A stretch of 64,000 bases of DNA from Candidatus Limnocylindrales bacterium. GTDB lineage: Bacteria; Chloroflexota; Limnocylindria; Limnocylindrales; CSP1-4. The stretch is taken from positions 37,922-101,921 of the forward strand of contig DASSHB010000072.1 in NCBI GenBank assembly GCA_035693125.1, given 5' to 3'. Of the stretch, positions 35,692 through 44,209 are shown piece by piece. Position 1 is the first letter of the stretch. Each line of letters opens with the position of its first letter. A model generated the notes under the pieces. The model saw nothing but the letters and a program-made list of their open reading frames with translations, was not told where the DNA came from and made no database searches. A program made the position numbers and the translations under genes.

Positions 35692-36825
35692 TCATCGAAG
35701 CGACACCTCGAACAGCTCCCACGGCTCCGGCACGCCCCGGAGCGCGACCGACCCGAGCGGGGCGAACACCAGGTCCGCCCCCGTCGCAAGGTCCCGCACG
35801 GTCCGCGTCACGACCACGCCGCCCGCCTTCGCCGACCCGAGAACGCGCGCCGCGATGTGCACGGCGATCCCGCCGACGCCGGACTCGCGGCGCTCGATCT
35901 CGCCGCTGTGGAGGCCAACCCGGACCTGGACGCCGACATGGCCGGCCGCAGCCACCAGCCCGAATGCGCAGTGGAGCGCCCGGGTCGGGGCATCGAAGAC
36001 CGCCATCACCCCATCGCCCGTGAACTCGACGTGATCGCCATGCCAGCGATCGATCTCGCGCCGGACGGCGTGCTGGTACTGGTCGAGGAGCTTCTTCCAG
36101 GCGCGGTCGCCCAGCTCGGCCGCTCGTCCGGTCGAGTCCACGACGTCGGCGAACAGGACCGTGGCCAGCGTCCGATCGAAGTCCTCGGCGAGCTGGAGCG
36201 ATTCGACCTGCTCCGCCGTCCAGCGGTATTCCTCGACGAACCGGCTCGTGGGCGCGTCCGGCTCCGGGACATAGGTGAGTAGCACCACGCCGGAGCGGAA
36301 GACGCGGCTGCCGGTGAGGCGCAGGTTGCGGGTCTCGATCCGATCGCCGAAGAGGTGCTTGCCATCGCCCAGGATGACCGGGTAGACGAGGAGCCGGTAT
36401 TCGTCGATCAGCTCGTGCTCGAGCAGCACGTCGACGAGGCTGGGGCTGCCGTACACGAGGAGGTCGCCGCCCGGCAGCTCCTTGAGCCGCCGGACCTGGT
36501 TCGGGACGTCGCCCGAGATGATCGTGGAGTTCGTCCAGTCCGCCCGGGTCAGCGTGTTCGAGACGACGTACTTCGGGATTCCGTTGATCCGGTCGGCCAG
36601 CTCGCGATCGCCGGTCGCGGTGGGCCAGAACGCCGCCCAGCTCTGCCAGGTCCGGCGGCCCAGGAGGAACGCGTCGGCCGACGCGACCTGCCCGGTGTTG
36701 AACGCCTCGTCCTCGTCGGTCTGGACGCGGAGCGCCCAGGCATTCCGTCCGCTGCGGTGCTCGTCGAACCCGGGCCCTTCGACGATCCCGTCCAGGGTGA
36801 CGAACGACGTCACGACCAGCTTCAT
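35692..36825 (-). CDS. fusion protein: RibD_C/DHFR-like domain + class III adenylate/guanylate cyclase domain
   Basis: Start at ATG 36825, residue 96 of the track ORF. The N-terminal half is MKLVVTSFVTLDGIVEGPG...LLVYGSPSLVDVLLEHELIDEYRLLVYPVILGDGKHLF. The C-terminal half is LATVLFADVVDSTG...VEFTGDGVMAVF...VRVGLHSGE...GIAVHIAARV...LRGVPEPWELFEV. Confidence 0.8.
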   Translation of the reverse strand: MKLVVTSFVTLDGIVEGPGFDEHRSGRNAWALRVQTDEDEAFNTGQVASADAFLLGRRTWQSWAAFWPTATGDRELADRINGIPKYVVSNTLTRADWTNSTIISGDVPNQVRRLKELPGGDLLVYGSPSLVDVLLEHELIDEYRLLVYPVILGDGKHLFGDRIETRNLRLTGSRVFRSGVVLLTYVPEPDAPTSRFVEEYRWTAEQVESLQLAEDFDRTLATVLFADVVDSTGRAAELGDRAWKKLLDQYQHAVRREIDRWHGDHVEFTGDGVMAVFDAPTRALHCAFGLVAAAGHVGVQVRVGLHSGEIERRESGVGGIAVHIAARVLGSAKAGGVVVTRTVRDLATGADLVFAPLGSVALRGVPEPWELFEVSLR

Positions 36826-36946
36826 CGCTGAAGCGTAGGGGTTCGGCGACCCGCGACGTTCCGCGCCGCGCCCTCCGAGCGAGGCTGCCGAGCCCGGCGG
36901 CAGCCAAGTGATGGCGGGGCGGTCGGGCGGCCGGCCGCGCCCCTCG

Positions 36947-36959
36947 CCGTACAGTACGG
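36947..36959. promoter_or_regulatory. perfect 13-bp palindrome CCGTAC-A-GTACGG abutting the LuxR-type gene start
   Basis: Seen directly, 2 nt upstream of ATG 36962, within the 136-bp divergent intergenic region. Confidence 0.3.
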
Positions 36960-36961
36960 TC

Positions 36962-39793
36962 ATGGTCGCGTTCGGGGCGCTGCGGGGATCTGGCATCCAC
37001 CAGGACGTCATCGGCCGCGGCCCGGAGCTGGAGCTGGTCGACCGCGTCATCTCACGGGCGCGGGTCGAGCTCGCCGGGCTGCTCGTCAGCGGCGAGGCGG
37101 GCATCGGCAAGACGAGCGTCTGGGCCGAGGCGGTCGAGCGTGGCCGATCCGGTGGCGCGCGCGTCCTGCGGGCCGCTCCGGCCGAGTCCGAACGATCACT
37201 GACCCTCGTCGGCCTGACCGATCTCCTCGCCGAGATCGGACCGGAGGAGCTCGCCCCGCTCCCGACCGTCCAGCGCCACGCCCTCGAGATCGCGCTCCTC
37301 CGCTCCGAGCCGACGGGTCAGCTCCCGGACCAGCGGACGTTGTCCGTGGCGACCGCGACCGCGCTCCGGCAGCTCAGCGCCGCCGACCCGCTGATCCTCG
37401 CGATCGACGACGTCCAGTGGCTCGACGACGCCACGGCTGCGATCCTCGCCTACGCCCTGCGCCGCCTGGCCGACCGGCCGATCGGGCTGCTCCTGGCGGC
37501 GCGCGGAACCCCCGACAAGCGGGCCGGACAGATCCTGGACGGTGTCCCGGCCGAGCGCCGCGAGCGAGTCCAGCTCGGTCCGCTGCCGCTTGCGGCGCTG
37601 CACCAGCTGTTCCTGGCCCGGTTCGGGCGGTCGTTCCCGCGGCTCGCCCTCGTCCGGATCGAGGAGGCGTCCGCGGGCAATCCGCTGTACGCCCTCGAGA
37701 TCGCCCGGGCGATGGCCGACGCGGGACCGGACGGGCGGCCCGACGGCCCCGTCCCGCTTCCCGAGAGCCTGGCCGGGCTGCTCGAAGCGCGCCTCGCCAG
37801 GCTCCCGGACGCGACGCAGGCCGCGCTGCTGCTGGCCGCGACCGCGACCGAGCCCACGATCGATGCCCTCCGGCGGGCCGATCCCCGCGCCCCCGACATG
37901 CTGGCTCCCGCGTTCGAGGCCGGCCTCGCGACGATGGACCGACGGGCCGTTCGGTTCAGCCACCCGCTCCTCGCCCAGGCGGTCCTCCTGCGGGCGGACC
38001 CGGACGAGCTCCAGCGAGCCCACGCGGCGTTCGCCCGAACGGCGACGTCGGACGAGGTGCGGGCACGCCATCTGGCCGGCGCCGCCGCGGGCCGCGACGC
38101 CGGGGTGGCCGCCGCGCTCGAGATGGCGGCCGCCACGATCCGTGATCGCGGGGCGACGCTCGACGCCGCCGCCCTGTACGAGCGCGCGGCGTCGCTCACG
38201 CCCGAGTCGGACGCCGACGGCGCCATGCGCCGGGCGCGGCTCGCCGCCGAGACGCTCTTCATCGACGTCTCGGACTACGTCCAGGCAGACCGGGTCCTCG
38301 AGACCGCGATCGCCGCCGCGCCGCCGGGACCCGAGCGCGCCGAGGCGCTCAGCCTGCGGGGGATCGTCCGCTACTACCACGGCGACACGCCCGACGCGGT
38401 CCGGCTCGGGGAGGCGGCGGTCGGCGAGGCCGGCGACGATCCCGGACGCCTGGCGAAGGTCCTCGGGCGGGCGGCATTCCTCGTGATGCAGGTCGACCTC
38501 GAGCGCGGCAACGAGATGGTCGGCCGAGCCCTGGCCCTCCTTGCGGCGGCGCCGGACCGCGACGCCGTCGATCCCGACATCCGGGCCAACCTCCTGCTGC
38601 TCCACGCCAGCTCCGAGCTGGGGCTCGTCCGCGGCTACCCCGCCCACGAGGCGGCCAAGGGACGGGCGCTACGGACGCCGCACGGCCGGTCGTGGGAGCA
38701 CGACGGCGTGAGCGGGATCGACTACGGGCTCGCGCGCCAGCTCGACGAGCTCGATCGGGCGATCGCGATGACCGAGCGGTTCATCGAGGAGAAGGTCGGG
38801 CCGGGCGGCGATGACCCGTTCAACTTCGTCTCGCTGTCGGGCCTCCAGGTGCTCCGTGGGGACCTGGATGCCGCGGAGGAGTCGGCCCAGGCGGCGATCG
38901 ACGGCTATGCCCACGAGGGTGCGGACGTGTTCCCCGCGTGGCGGCTGCGAGGCGTCGCCCTGGTGGCCGCGTACCGCGGCCGCCTCGACGAGGCTGAGGG
39001 CCTCGCCCGCGAAGGGGTGGCCCGCGCCGTGGCGAGCGGCGACCTCGCCCTCGAGGTCTACCACCGCCACATCCTCGGGTTCGTGGCGCTCTCTCGCCAG
39101 GACGCCGCCGCGGCCCTCGATCAGCTGGCGCAGGCCGCCGCCACCGCCGCTGCGAGCGGCACCCGTCACCCCGGACGCTTCAAGATCGACGCCGATCTGG
39201 CCGAGGCCGCCGTGGCGGCCGGTGAGCTCCCCCGGGCCGAGCCCGTCGTCCGCCGGCTCGAGGATGCGGCTCGGATCGCGCCCACGCCGTGGACCCGCGT
39301 CGGGGCCGCCCGGAGCCGCGCGCTGCTCCACGCGGCCGGGACCGATCTGGACGCCGCGGGCGCCTCGATCGGGGAGGCGATCTCGGCCTGCGCCGACCTC
39401 CCGATGCCGTTCGAACGTGGCCGGACGCTGCTCCTGGCGGGGACGATCCATCGCCGCCGGAAGGAGAAGCGGCTGGCCGACGAGCGGTTGCGTGAAGCCA
39501 TCGCGATCTTCGAGCGGATCGGCACCCCGATCTGGGCCGACCGGGCGCGGGCGGAGCTGGGCCGGGTCGGGCGGCGGCCCGCGGCCCCGGGCGACCTGAC
39601 CGAGACCGAGCGGCAGGTCGCCGAGCTGGCGGCCGCCGGGCTGTCCGCCCGCCAGATCGGGGAACGGGCGTTCCTTGCCCCGAAGACCGTCGGCAACGTC
39701 CTGGGCCGGGTGTACGCGAAGCTCGGGATCCACACCCGCGCGGAGCTGGGGGCCCGGATGGGCGACGAGGGCGTGCGAGACAGATCGGGGTAA
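36962..39793 (+). CDS. large ATPase-LuxR (LAL/MalT-like) transcriptional regulator
   Basis: Start preferred at ATG 36962 (the track ORF starts at 36908). Walker A is SGEAGIGKTSVW and Walker B-like is LILAIDDVQWLD. A long helical repeat region is followed by the C-terminal LuxR HTH LTETERQVAELAAAGLSARQIGERAFLAPKTVGNVLGRVYAKLGI. Confidence 0.85.
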   Translation: MVAFGALRGSGIHQDVIGRGPELELVDRVISRARVELAGLLVSGEAGIGKTSVWAEAVERGRSGGARVLRAAPAESERSLTLVGLTDLLAEIGPEELAPLPTVQRHALEIALLRSEPTGQLPDQRTLSVATATALRQLSAADPLILAIDDVQWLDDATAAILAYALRRLADRPIGLLLAARGTPDKRAGQILDGVPAERRERVQLGPLPLAALHQLFLARFGRSFPRLALVRIEEASAGNPLYALEIARAMADAGPDGRPDGPVPLPESLAGLLEARLARLPDATQAALLLAATATEPTIDALRRADPRAPDMLAPAFEAGLATMDRRAVRFSHPLLAQAVLLRADPDELQRAHAAFARTATSDEVRARHLAGAAAGRDAGVAAALEMAAATIRDRGATLDAAALYERAASLTPESDADGAMRRARLAAETLFIDVSDYVQADRVLETAIAAAPPGPERAEALSLRGIVRYYHGDTPDAVRLGEAAVGEAGDDPGRLAKVLGRAAFLVMQVDLERGNEMVGRALALLAAAPDRDAVDPDIRANLLLLHASSELGLVRGYPAHEAAKGRALRTPHGRSWEHDGVSGIDYGLARQLDELDRAIAMTERFIEEKVGPGGDDPFNFVSLSGLQVLRGDLDAAEESAQAAIDGYAHEGADVFPAWRLRGVALVAAYRGRLDEAEGLAREGVARAVASGDLALEVYHRHILGFVALSRQDAAAALDQLAQAAATAAASGTRHPGRFKIDADLAEAAVAAGELPRAEPVVRRLEDAARIAPTPWTRVGAARSRALLHAAGTDLDAAGASIGEAISACADLPMPFERGRTLLLAGTIHRRRKEKRLADERLREAIAIFERIGTPIWADRARAELGRVGRRPAAPGDLTETERQVAELAAAGLSARQIGERAFLAPKTVGNVLGRVYAKLGIHTRAELGARMGDEGVRDRSG

Positions 39794-39838
39794 CCGCCTC
39801 TTTCGTGCCGGCGCGCCGCCGACGGACGCTGCCCGACG

Positions 39839-40141
39839 ATGGACCGCCCGCCCGATCCGCCGCCCCAGGCCCAGCTGTTCCTCGTGGAACGCTACTGGCC
39901 CGAGATCGACGAGGCCTCGGCGCGGATCCTTGCCGGGCGCCTGGCACGGACGGCGCACGCGATGACGGCCCAGGGCGTCGCGGTCGCCCACGTGGAATCG
40001 ATCCTCATGCCCCGCGATCGGGTCGTGTTCTCGCTGATCGTCGCCGCCGACGAGGCTTCCGTGCGCCAGCTCACCGCCCGCGTCGGGGCGCCCGCAGACC
40101 GGGTCGCCCTCGCGATCCGGCTCCCGGACGGCGATCCATAG
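39839..40141 (+). CDS. small DUF4242-like protein
   Basis: 100 aa: LFLVERYWPEIDE...GVAVAHVESILMPRDRVVFSLIVAADEASVRQL...PADRVALAIRL resembles the DUF4242 pattern as I remember it. Confidence 0.5.
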   Translation: MDRPPDPPPQAQLFLVERYWPEIDEASARILAGRLARTAHAMTAQGVAVAHVESILMPRDRVVFSLIVAADEASVRQLTARVGAPADRVALAIRLPDGDP

Positions 40142-40296
40142 CGTCCGGGTGAAGCCGGGGACGTCACTCCGCCTGTCGAGGTGGGCCCTACCCGCGATCG
40201 CATCGCGCGAACCGGATCTGCCTGCCGATTGGGCACTGCCGCGCTACCGGACCTCGTTCGTGGGCCGACCGCCGCGATCGCGCGTACCCTTCCGGC

Positions 40297-40653
40297 ATGG
40301 CGAACGTGATCGACTACGTCGAGCTGGCGGTTGACGACCTCGAGGCGGCGAAGGCCTTCTACGCGACGGCGCTGGGGTGGAGCTTCAACGACTACGGCGG
40401 CGAGTATGCGGGGATCCAGGATCCGCGGAACCCGGGCCAGGAGGTCGGCGGGCTGAACCCGATCACGCCGTCGTCGCGGGGCGGCGGTGTCCTGGCGCTC
40501 GTGCGGACTGCCGATGGCGATGCCGCGCTGGCGAGCGTCCAGTCCGCCGGCGGACGGATCGAGACGGAGATGCACGACTACCCCGGCGGGCGGCGGTTCA
40601 CCTTCGCCGATCCGTGGGGCAACGTCCTCGGGGTCTACGAGCCCAGCGAGTAG
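40297..40653 (+). CDS. VOC/glyoxalase family protein
   Basis: 118 aa: IDYVELAVDDLEAAKAFYATALGW...FTFADPWGNVLGVYE. Confidence 0.85.
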   Translation: MANVIDYVELAVDDLEAAKAFYATALGWSFNDYGGEYAGIQDPRNPGQEVGGLNPITPSSRGGGVLALVRTADGDAALASVQSAGGRIETEMHDYPGGRRFTFADPWGNVLGVYEPSE

Positions 40654-40731
40654 GAGCGGGCGACCGGAGGCTGTCGCGGGCGGGCCCAGCCGGTCGGCGA
40701 CGGTCGGCCACGGGACGACCGATCCCGCGGG

Positions 40732-41655
40732 TCAGGCCAGGAACGAGCGCCGCTCGCTCACGGTCACGCCGATCGCGGCCGCGGTCACGCAGCCGATCGC
40801 GAGCAGTGCCGCCGGCGCGACGGCCTGGCGGAGCAGCGCGGCGCCGATGAGCGTCGCGACCACGGGCTCGAGCGTGATCGTCACGCCATAGGCGCGGGCC
40901 GTCATCCGGCGCAGGGCCTCGAACTCCAGGGACAGCGGGAGGGCCGTCGAGAGGACCGCCACCGCGAACGCTCCGGCGAGGAGCCCGGGATCCAGCCGCT
41001 CGAGCCCGCCGGCCGCGAGCTCCACCGGCAGGACGAACAGGCAGGCGGCCGGCATCGCCAGCGCGAGGCTCGCATCACCGACCCGGCGACCCACGCGCGG
41101 ACTGGCGAGGACGAACGTCGCCCAACCGGCGCCGGCCGCCAGCGCGAGGGCGACCCCGACCGGGTCCAGGTCGGTGCCGATGCTCGGCGTCAGGAGGGCG
41201 AGTCCGGCGACGGCGAGGCCGATCCACAGGAACTCGCGGAGCCGGCGCGAGGTGAAGGCGGCCACCCCGAGCGGCCCCACGAACTCGATCGCGACCGCGA
41301 TCCCGAGAGGGATCCGCGCGATCGAGCCATAGAAGCACAGGTTCATCGCGCCGATCACGCAGCCGAAGAGCACGAGGGGGAGCGCATGGCCACGGGCGCT
41401 CGCCCGGATCTGGCGGCGGCGGAGGACGAGCAGCAGCACGGCGGCGAACGCCAGCCGCAGGAAGACCGTCGCGACCGGCCCGATCCGCGCGAAGAGGTTG
41501 ATCGCGACGGCGGCTCCGAGCTGGATCGAGATGATCGAGACGAGCAGCAGACCGGGTGGCGGGACCGCGGCCGCGGCCCGGGCCCATCTGCCGGCGCCGG
41601 GACCGGGGCTCGGCGCACCCGACCTCGAGCTCCGTCCGAGATCCGTGACCGTCAT
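40732..41655 (-). CDS. EamA/DMT family transporter
   Basis: 307 aa, about 10 hydrophobic segments in two EamA-like halves. Confidence 0.8.
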   Translation of the reverse strand: MTVTDLGRSSRSGAPSPGPGAGRWARAAAAVPPPGLLLVSIISIQLGAAVAINLFARIGPVATVFLRLAFAAVLLLVLRRRQIRASARGHALPLVLFGCVIGAMNLCFYGSIARIPLGIAVAIEFVGPLGVAAFTSRRLREFLWIGLAVAGLALLTPSIGTDLDPVGVALALAAGAGWATFVLASPRVGRRVGDASLALAMPAACLFVLPVELAAGGLERLDPGLLAGAFAVAVLSTALPLSLEFEALRRMTARAYGVTITLEPVVATLIGAALLRQAVAPAALLAIGCVTAAAIGVTVSERRSFLA

Positions 41656-41704
41656 CCCGTCATCGTGGCGGATCGCTCGTCGGAACGTGGCAGGTTTGAC
41701 CCAC

Positions 41705-42286
41705 CTACCCTCGCCCGGAGGCGTCGTCTCGGGCGGCCGCCATCTCGTCGAGGAGGCGCAGCAACGCGACCGTGGTGGCCCAGTTCCGGATCGTCATCGA
41801 CTGGTAGAGCGGGCTGCTCATCACCTTGCTGAGGCGGCTCCTCGTGCGCTCGGCGCTGAGGCGCTGCGAGTAGATCACCCCGTCACCCGCCCAGACGGTG
41901 TCGACGCCGGGGCGCGGATCGAATGCGCCCATCGCCTGGGACGGGTCGATGCCCATCAGGAAGATCACGTCGCTGTGATAGCGCTCCGGATCCTCCCCGA
42001 AGCCCGCCGGCTTGCGATCGATGATCGCGCGAAGCCGATCGTGGCTGAGGACGAGGACGGCGACCAGCTCGCGCTGGAGCTGGAAGGTCCCTGGCAAGGC
42101 CGCCTCGATCCGGGCCCGGATATCGGCCGGCGCTCGCTCGGAGCGCAGGATCACGTTGCCGCTGGCGATGTAGGTCCGGACGCACTCGTACCCAAGGTCC
42201 TCGAGCAGCTGACGGAGCCGCGCCATCGGCACCTTGTTCTTGCCGCCGACATTGATCCCGCGGAGCAGGACGACGTAGCTGGTCAC
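41705..42286 (-). CDS. DUF1697 domain protein
   Basis: 193 aa: MTSYVVLLRGINVGGKNKVPMARLRQLLEDLGYECVRTYIASGNVIL is the characteristic N-terminus. Confidence 0.85.
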   Translation of the reverse strand: MTSYVVLLRGINVGGKNKVPMARLRQLLEDLGYECVRTYIASGNVILRSERAPADIRARIEAALPGTFQLQRELVAVLVLSHDRLRAIIDRKPAGFGEDPERYHSDVIFLMGIDPSQAMGAFDPRPGVDTVWAGDGVIYSQRLSAERTRSRLSKVMSSPLYQSMTIRNWATTVALLRLLDEMAAARDDASGRG

Positions 42287-42340
42287 CGGTCGGGGACGAC
42301 CTCCTGGACGCGTGGCGAGACGACGGCCGTCGCCGTCGCG

Positions 42341-42961
42341 CTAGTCCTCGCCGTCGGCCCGCCCGAACGTGGCTCGCCCGGCCGGCCGATACGTGTTCAG
42401 CATCACACCCGACGAGGTCGTCCGCGAGTCGATCGGCTCGAGGTGGTGGGTCTGGCCGTCTTCCGGGAACAGCCGCATCCCGGCGCCCACGATCACCGGA
42501 TAGATCCGCAGGTTCAGCTCGTCGACGAGGTCGCGCTCGAGCAGCCAGCGCAGCAGCTCGCCGCTGCCGTGGAGCTGGAGCTCACGGCCTGGTTGCGCCT
42601 TCAGCTCGCGGATCGCCGCCTCGACGTCGCCCGAGATGACGTGGGTGTTCTGCCAGGTCGGGTTCTTGAGCGTGGTCGACGGCACGTACTTCGGCAGGAC
42701 GTTGATGCCGTGCGACACCGCATCGCCTGCGTCATGGAGCGGCCAGTACCCGTCCCAGATGTCGAACGTCTTGCGCCCCAGCAGCAGCGCATCGGCGCGT
42801 CCGAACCACTCGAGCAGCCACGGCCAGCCCTCGGGATCGCCGTAGGCCGCGGTCCAGCCGCCGCGCTCGAACCCGCCCCTCCGGTCCTCGTCGGGGCCGC
42901 CCGGACCCTGGTACACGCCGTCGAGGCTCACCATCATCGACGCGGTCAGCTTCATCGTCAT
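42341..42961 (-). CDS. dihydrofolate reductase family protein (RibD C-terminal domain type)
   Basis: 206 aa: MKLTASMMVSLDGVYQGPGG...LLLGRKTFDIWDGYWP...ELQLHGSGELLRWLLERDLVDELNLRIYPVIVGAGMRLF. Confidence 0.8.
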   Translation of the reverse strand: MTMKLTASMMVSLDGVYQGPGGPDEDRRGGFERGGWTAAYGDPEGWPWLLEWFGRADALLLGRKTFDIWDGYWPLHDAGDAVSHGINVLPKYVPSTTLKNPTWQNTHVISGDVEAAIRELKAQPGRELQLHGSGELLRWLLERDLVDELNLRIYPVIVGAGMRLFPEDGQTHHLEPIDSRTTSSGVMLNTYRPAGRATFGRADGED

Positions 42962-42979
42962 CGCTCCTCGTGTCGTGGA

Positions 42980-43651
42980 TCAGGTCGTGAACTGCCGCCA
43001 GTGGCCCTCCGAGACCACCTCGACGGCGCCATCGCTCACGCGGATCGCGGTCTGGTCGTCGATCGCGTACGCGGGGATCGACATGCCGGCGGCCCAGCGC
43101 TCCGCGTGGGCCATCGTGTTGTAGGGCAGATCCGGGTTGTCCAGGTGCGGGAAGATCGCGAAGTCGACGAGCCCCAGGGTCCGGTCATCGCCGGCCGGCG
43201 AACGCCACTCGACGAAGTCCTCGCCGATCCGCGGCGTCATCAGCATGCTGCCCGCACTCAGCCCGACGTAGACCGTGTCATCCAGCGACGGCACGAGCTC
43301 GGCGAGTCCGGACTGGACCACCCAGTGATGGAGGTACATCGGATCGCCGCCGTTGACCAGCAGGACGTCCGTCTCCAGGACGACGGGGACCCATTGCTCG
43401 CGATCGAGGCTGGGAAGCGCGGTCAGCTCCAGGACGCCCATGGACTTCCAGCCCAGCTCGGTCATCGGACACTCGGACTCGAGGCCGGAGATGAACCGCC
43501 AGGCGGCCTGCGGCCCGCGTCGGCCCATCCCGTAGCTCGAGGTGGGGATGCACAGCGCGCTCGACTCGGCGATCGGCTTGCCGAGGAGGTCGAGCAACGC
43601 GGCCTCGATGGTCCGGTTCTTGATCCCAGCCGACGTGAGCAGAAGCTTCAA
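42980..43651 (-). CDS. peptidase E-like / type 1 glutamine amidotransferase-like (S51) protein
   Basis: 223 aa: MKLLLTSAGI..., VLLVNGGDPMYL, nucleophile-elbow GLSAGSM. Confidence 0.75.
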   Translation of the reverse strand: MKLLLTSAGIKNRTIEAALLDLLGKPIAESSALCIPTSSYGMGRRGPQAAWRFISGLESECPMTELGWKSMGVLELTALPSLDREQWVPVVLETDVLLVNGGDPMYLHHWVVQSGLAELVPSLDDTVYVGLSAGSMLMTPRIGEDFVEWRSPAGDDRTLGLVDFAIFPHLDNPDLPYNTMAHAERWAAGMSIPAYAIDDQTAIRVSDGAVEVVSEGHWRQFTT

Positions 43652-43788
43652 GGCGCGCTCCTCCGATGGATGGTCCGTCGATCGTAGGACGGTGGTCCCG
43701 ATCGGGACTCATCGGCGCGCCGCGGACGGCCCAGGTGGATGATCCTCGAGCGCCAACCCAATTCCCGTCCCATGGGAGGCCACGCGCG

Positions 43789-44205
43789 ATGAACGACGAC
43801 CGTGAAGCGGTCCAGGCGGTGCTCCGGGCGTTCGACGAGGCGCTGGCCGGCGGCGATGCCGCGTCCTACGCGGCCACGTTCGCTCCCGACGGCCGCCTGC
43901 TGCTGCTCTACAGCGACGCGCTCGAGGGACGGGCCGCGATCCACGACGACAGCCTGGCGACGTTCGCGACCTGGGACACGAGCGCGTGGCGCACGAGCCT
44001 CGTCACCCTGGACGTCTGTGGCGATCGAGCCTGGTCGCTGTCCACTTACACCGAGACGCTCGTCCGGCACGACGATGGTCGCCGGCGGGTCATCGCCGGC
44101 CGGATCCTGCGGATCCTGCGCCGGGAACCGGACGGCTGGCGCGTCGAGGTCGCGATGAACGCGCACAGCCAGCGGGCGGAGGAGCTGCCGCCGGCCGCGG
44201 GATGA
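43789..44205 (+). CDS. SnoaL-like / DUF4440 (NTF2 superfamily) protein
   Basis: Internal ATG at residue 42 of the track ORF: MNDDREAVQAVLRAFDEALAGGDAASYAATFAPDGRLL...ILRREPDGWRVEVAMN. Confidence 0.7.
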   Translation: MNDDREAVQAVLRAFDEALAGGDAASYAATFAPDGRLLLLYSDALEGRAAIHDDSLATFATWDTSAWRTSLVTLDVCGDRAWSLSTYTETLVRHDDGRRRVIAGRILRILRREPDGWRVEVAMNAHSQRAEELPPAAG

Positions 44206-44209
44206 CCGT

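Noticed and set aside
35692-36825. Cyclase gene as part of a Pycsar/CBASS-like cyclic-nucleotide defence system
   Set aside because: There is no adjacent effector with a cNMP-binding, TIR, patatin or pore-forming domain. The downstream genes are an AraC regulator and a glyoxalase. The neighbour is a transcription factor, which fits signalling rather than abortive infection.
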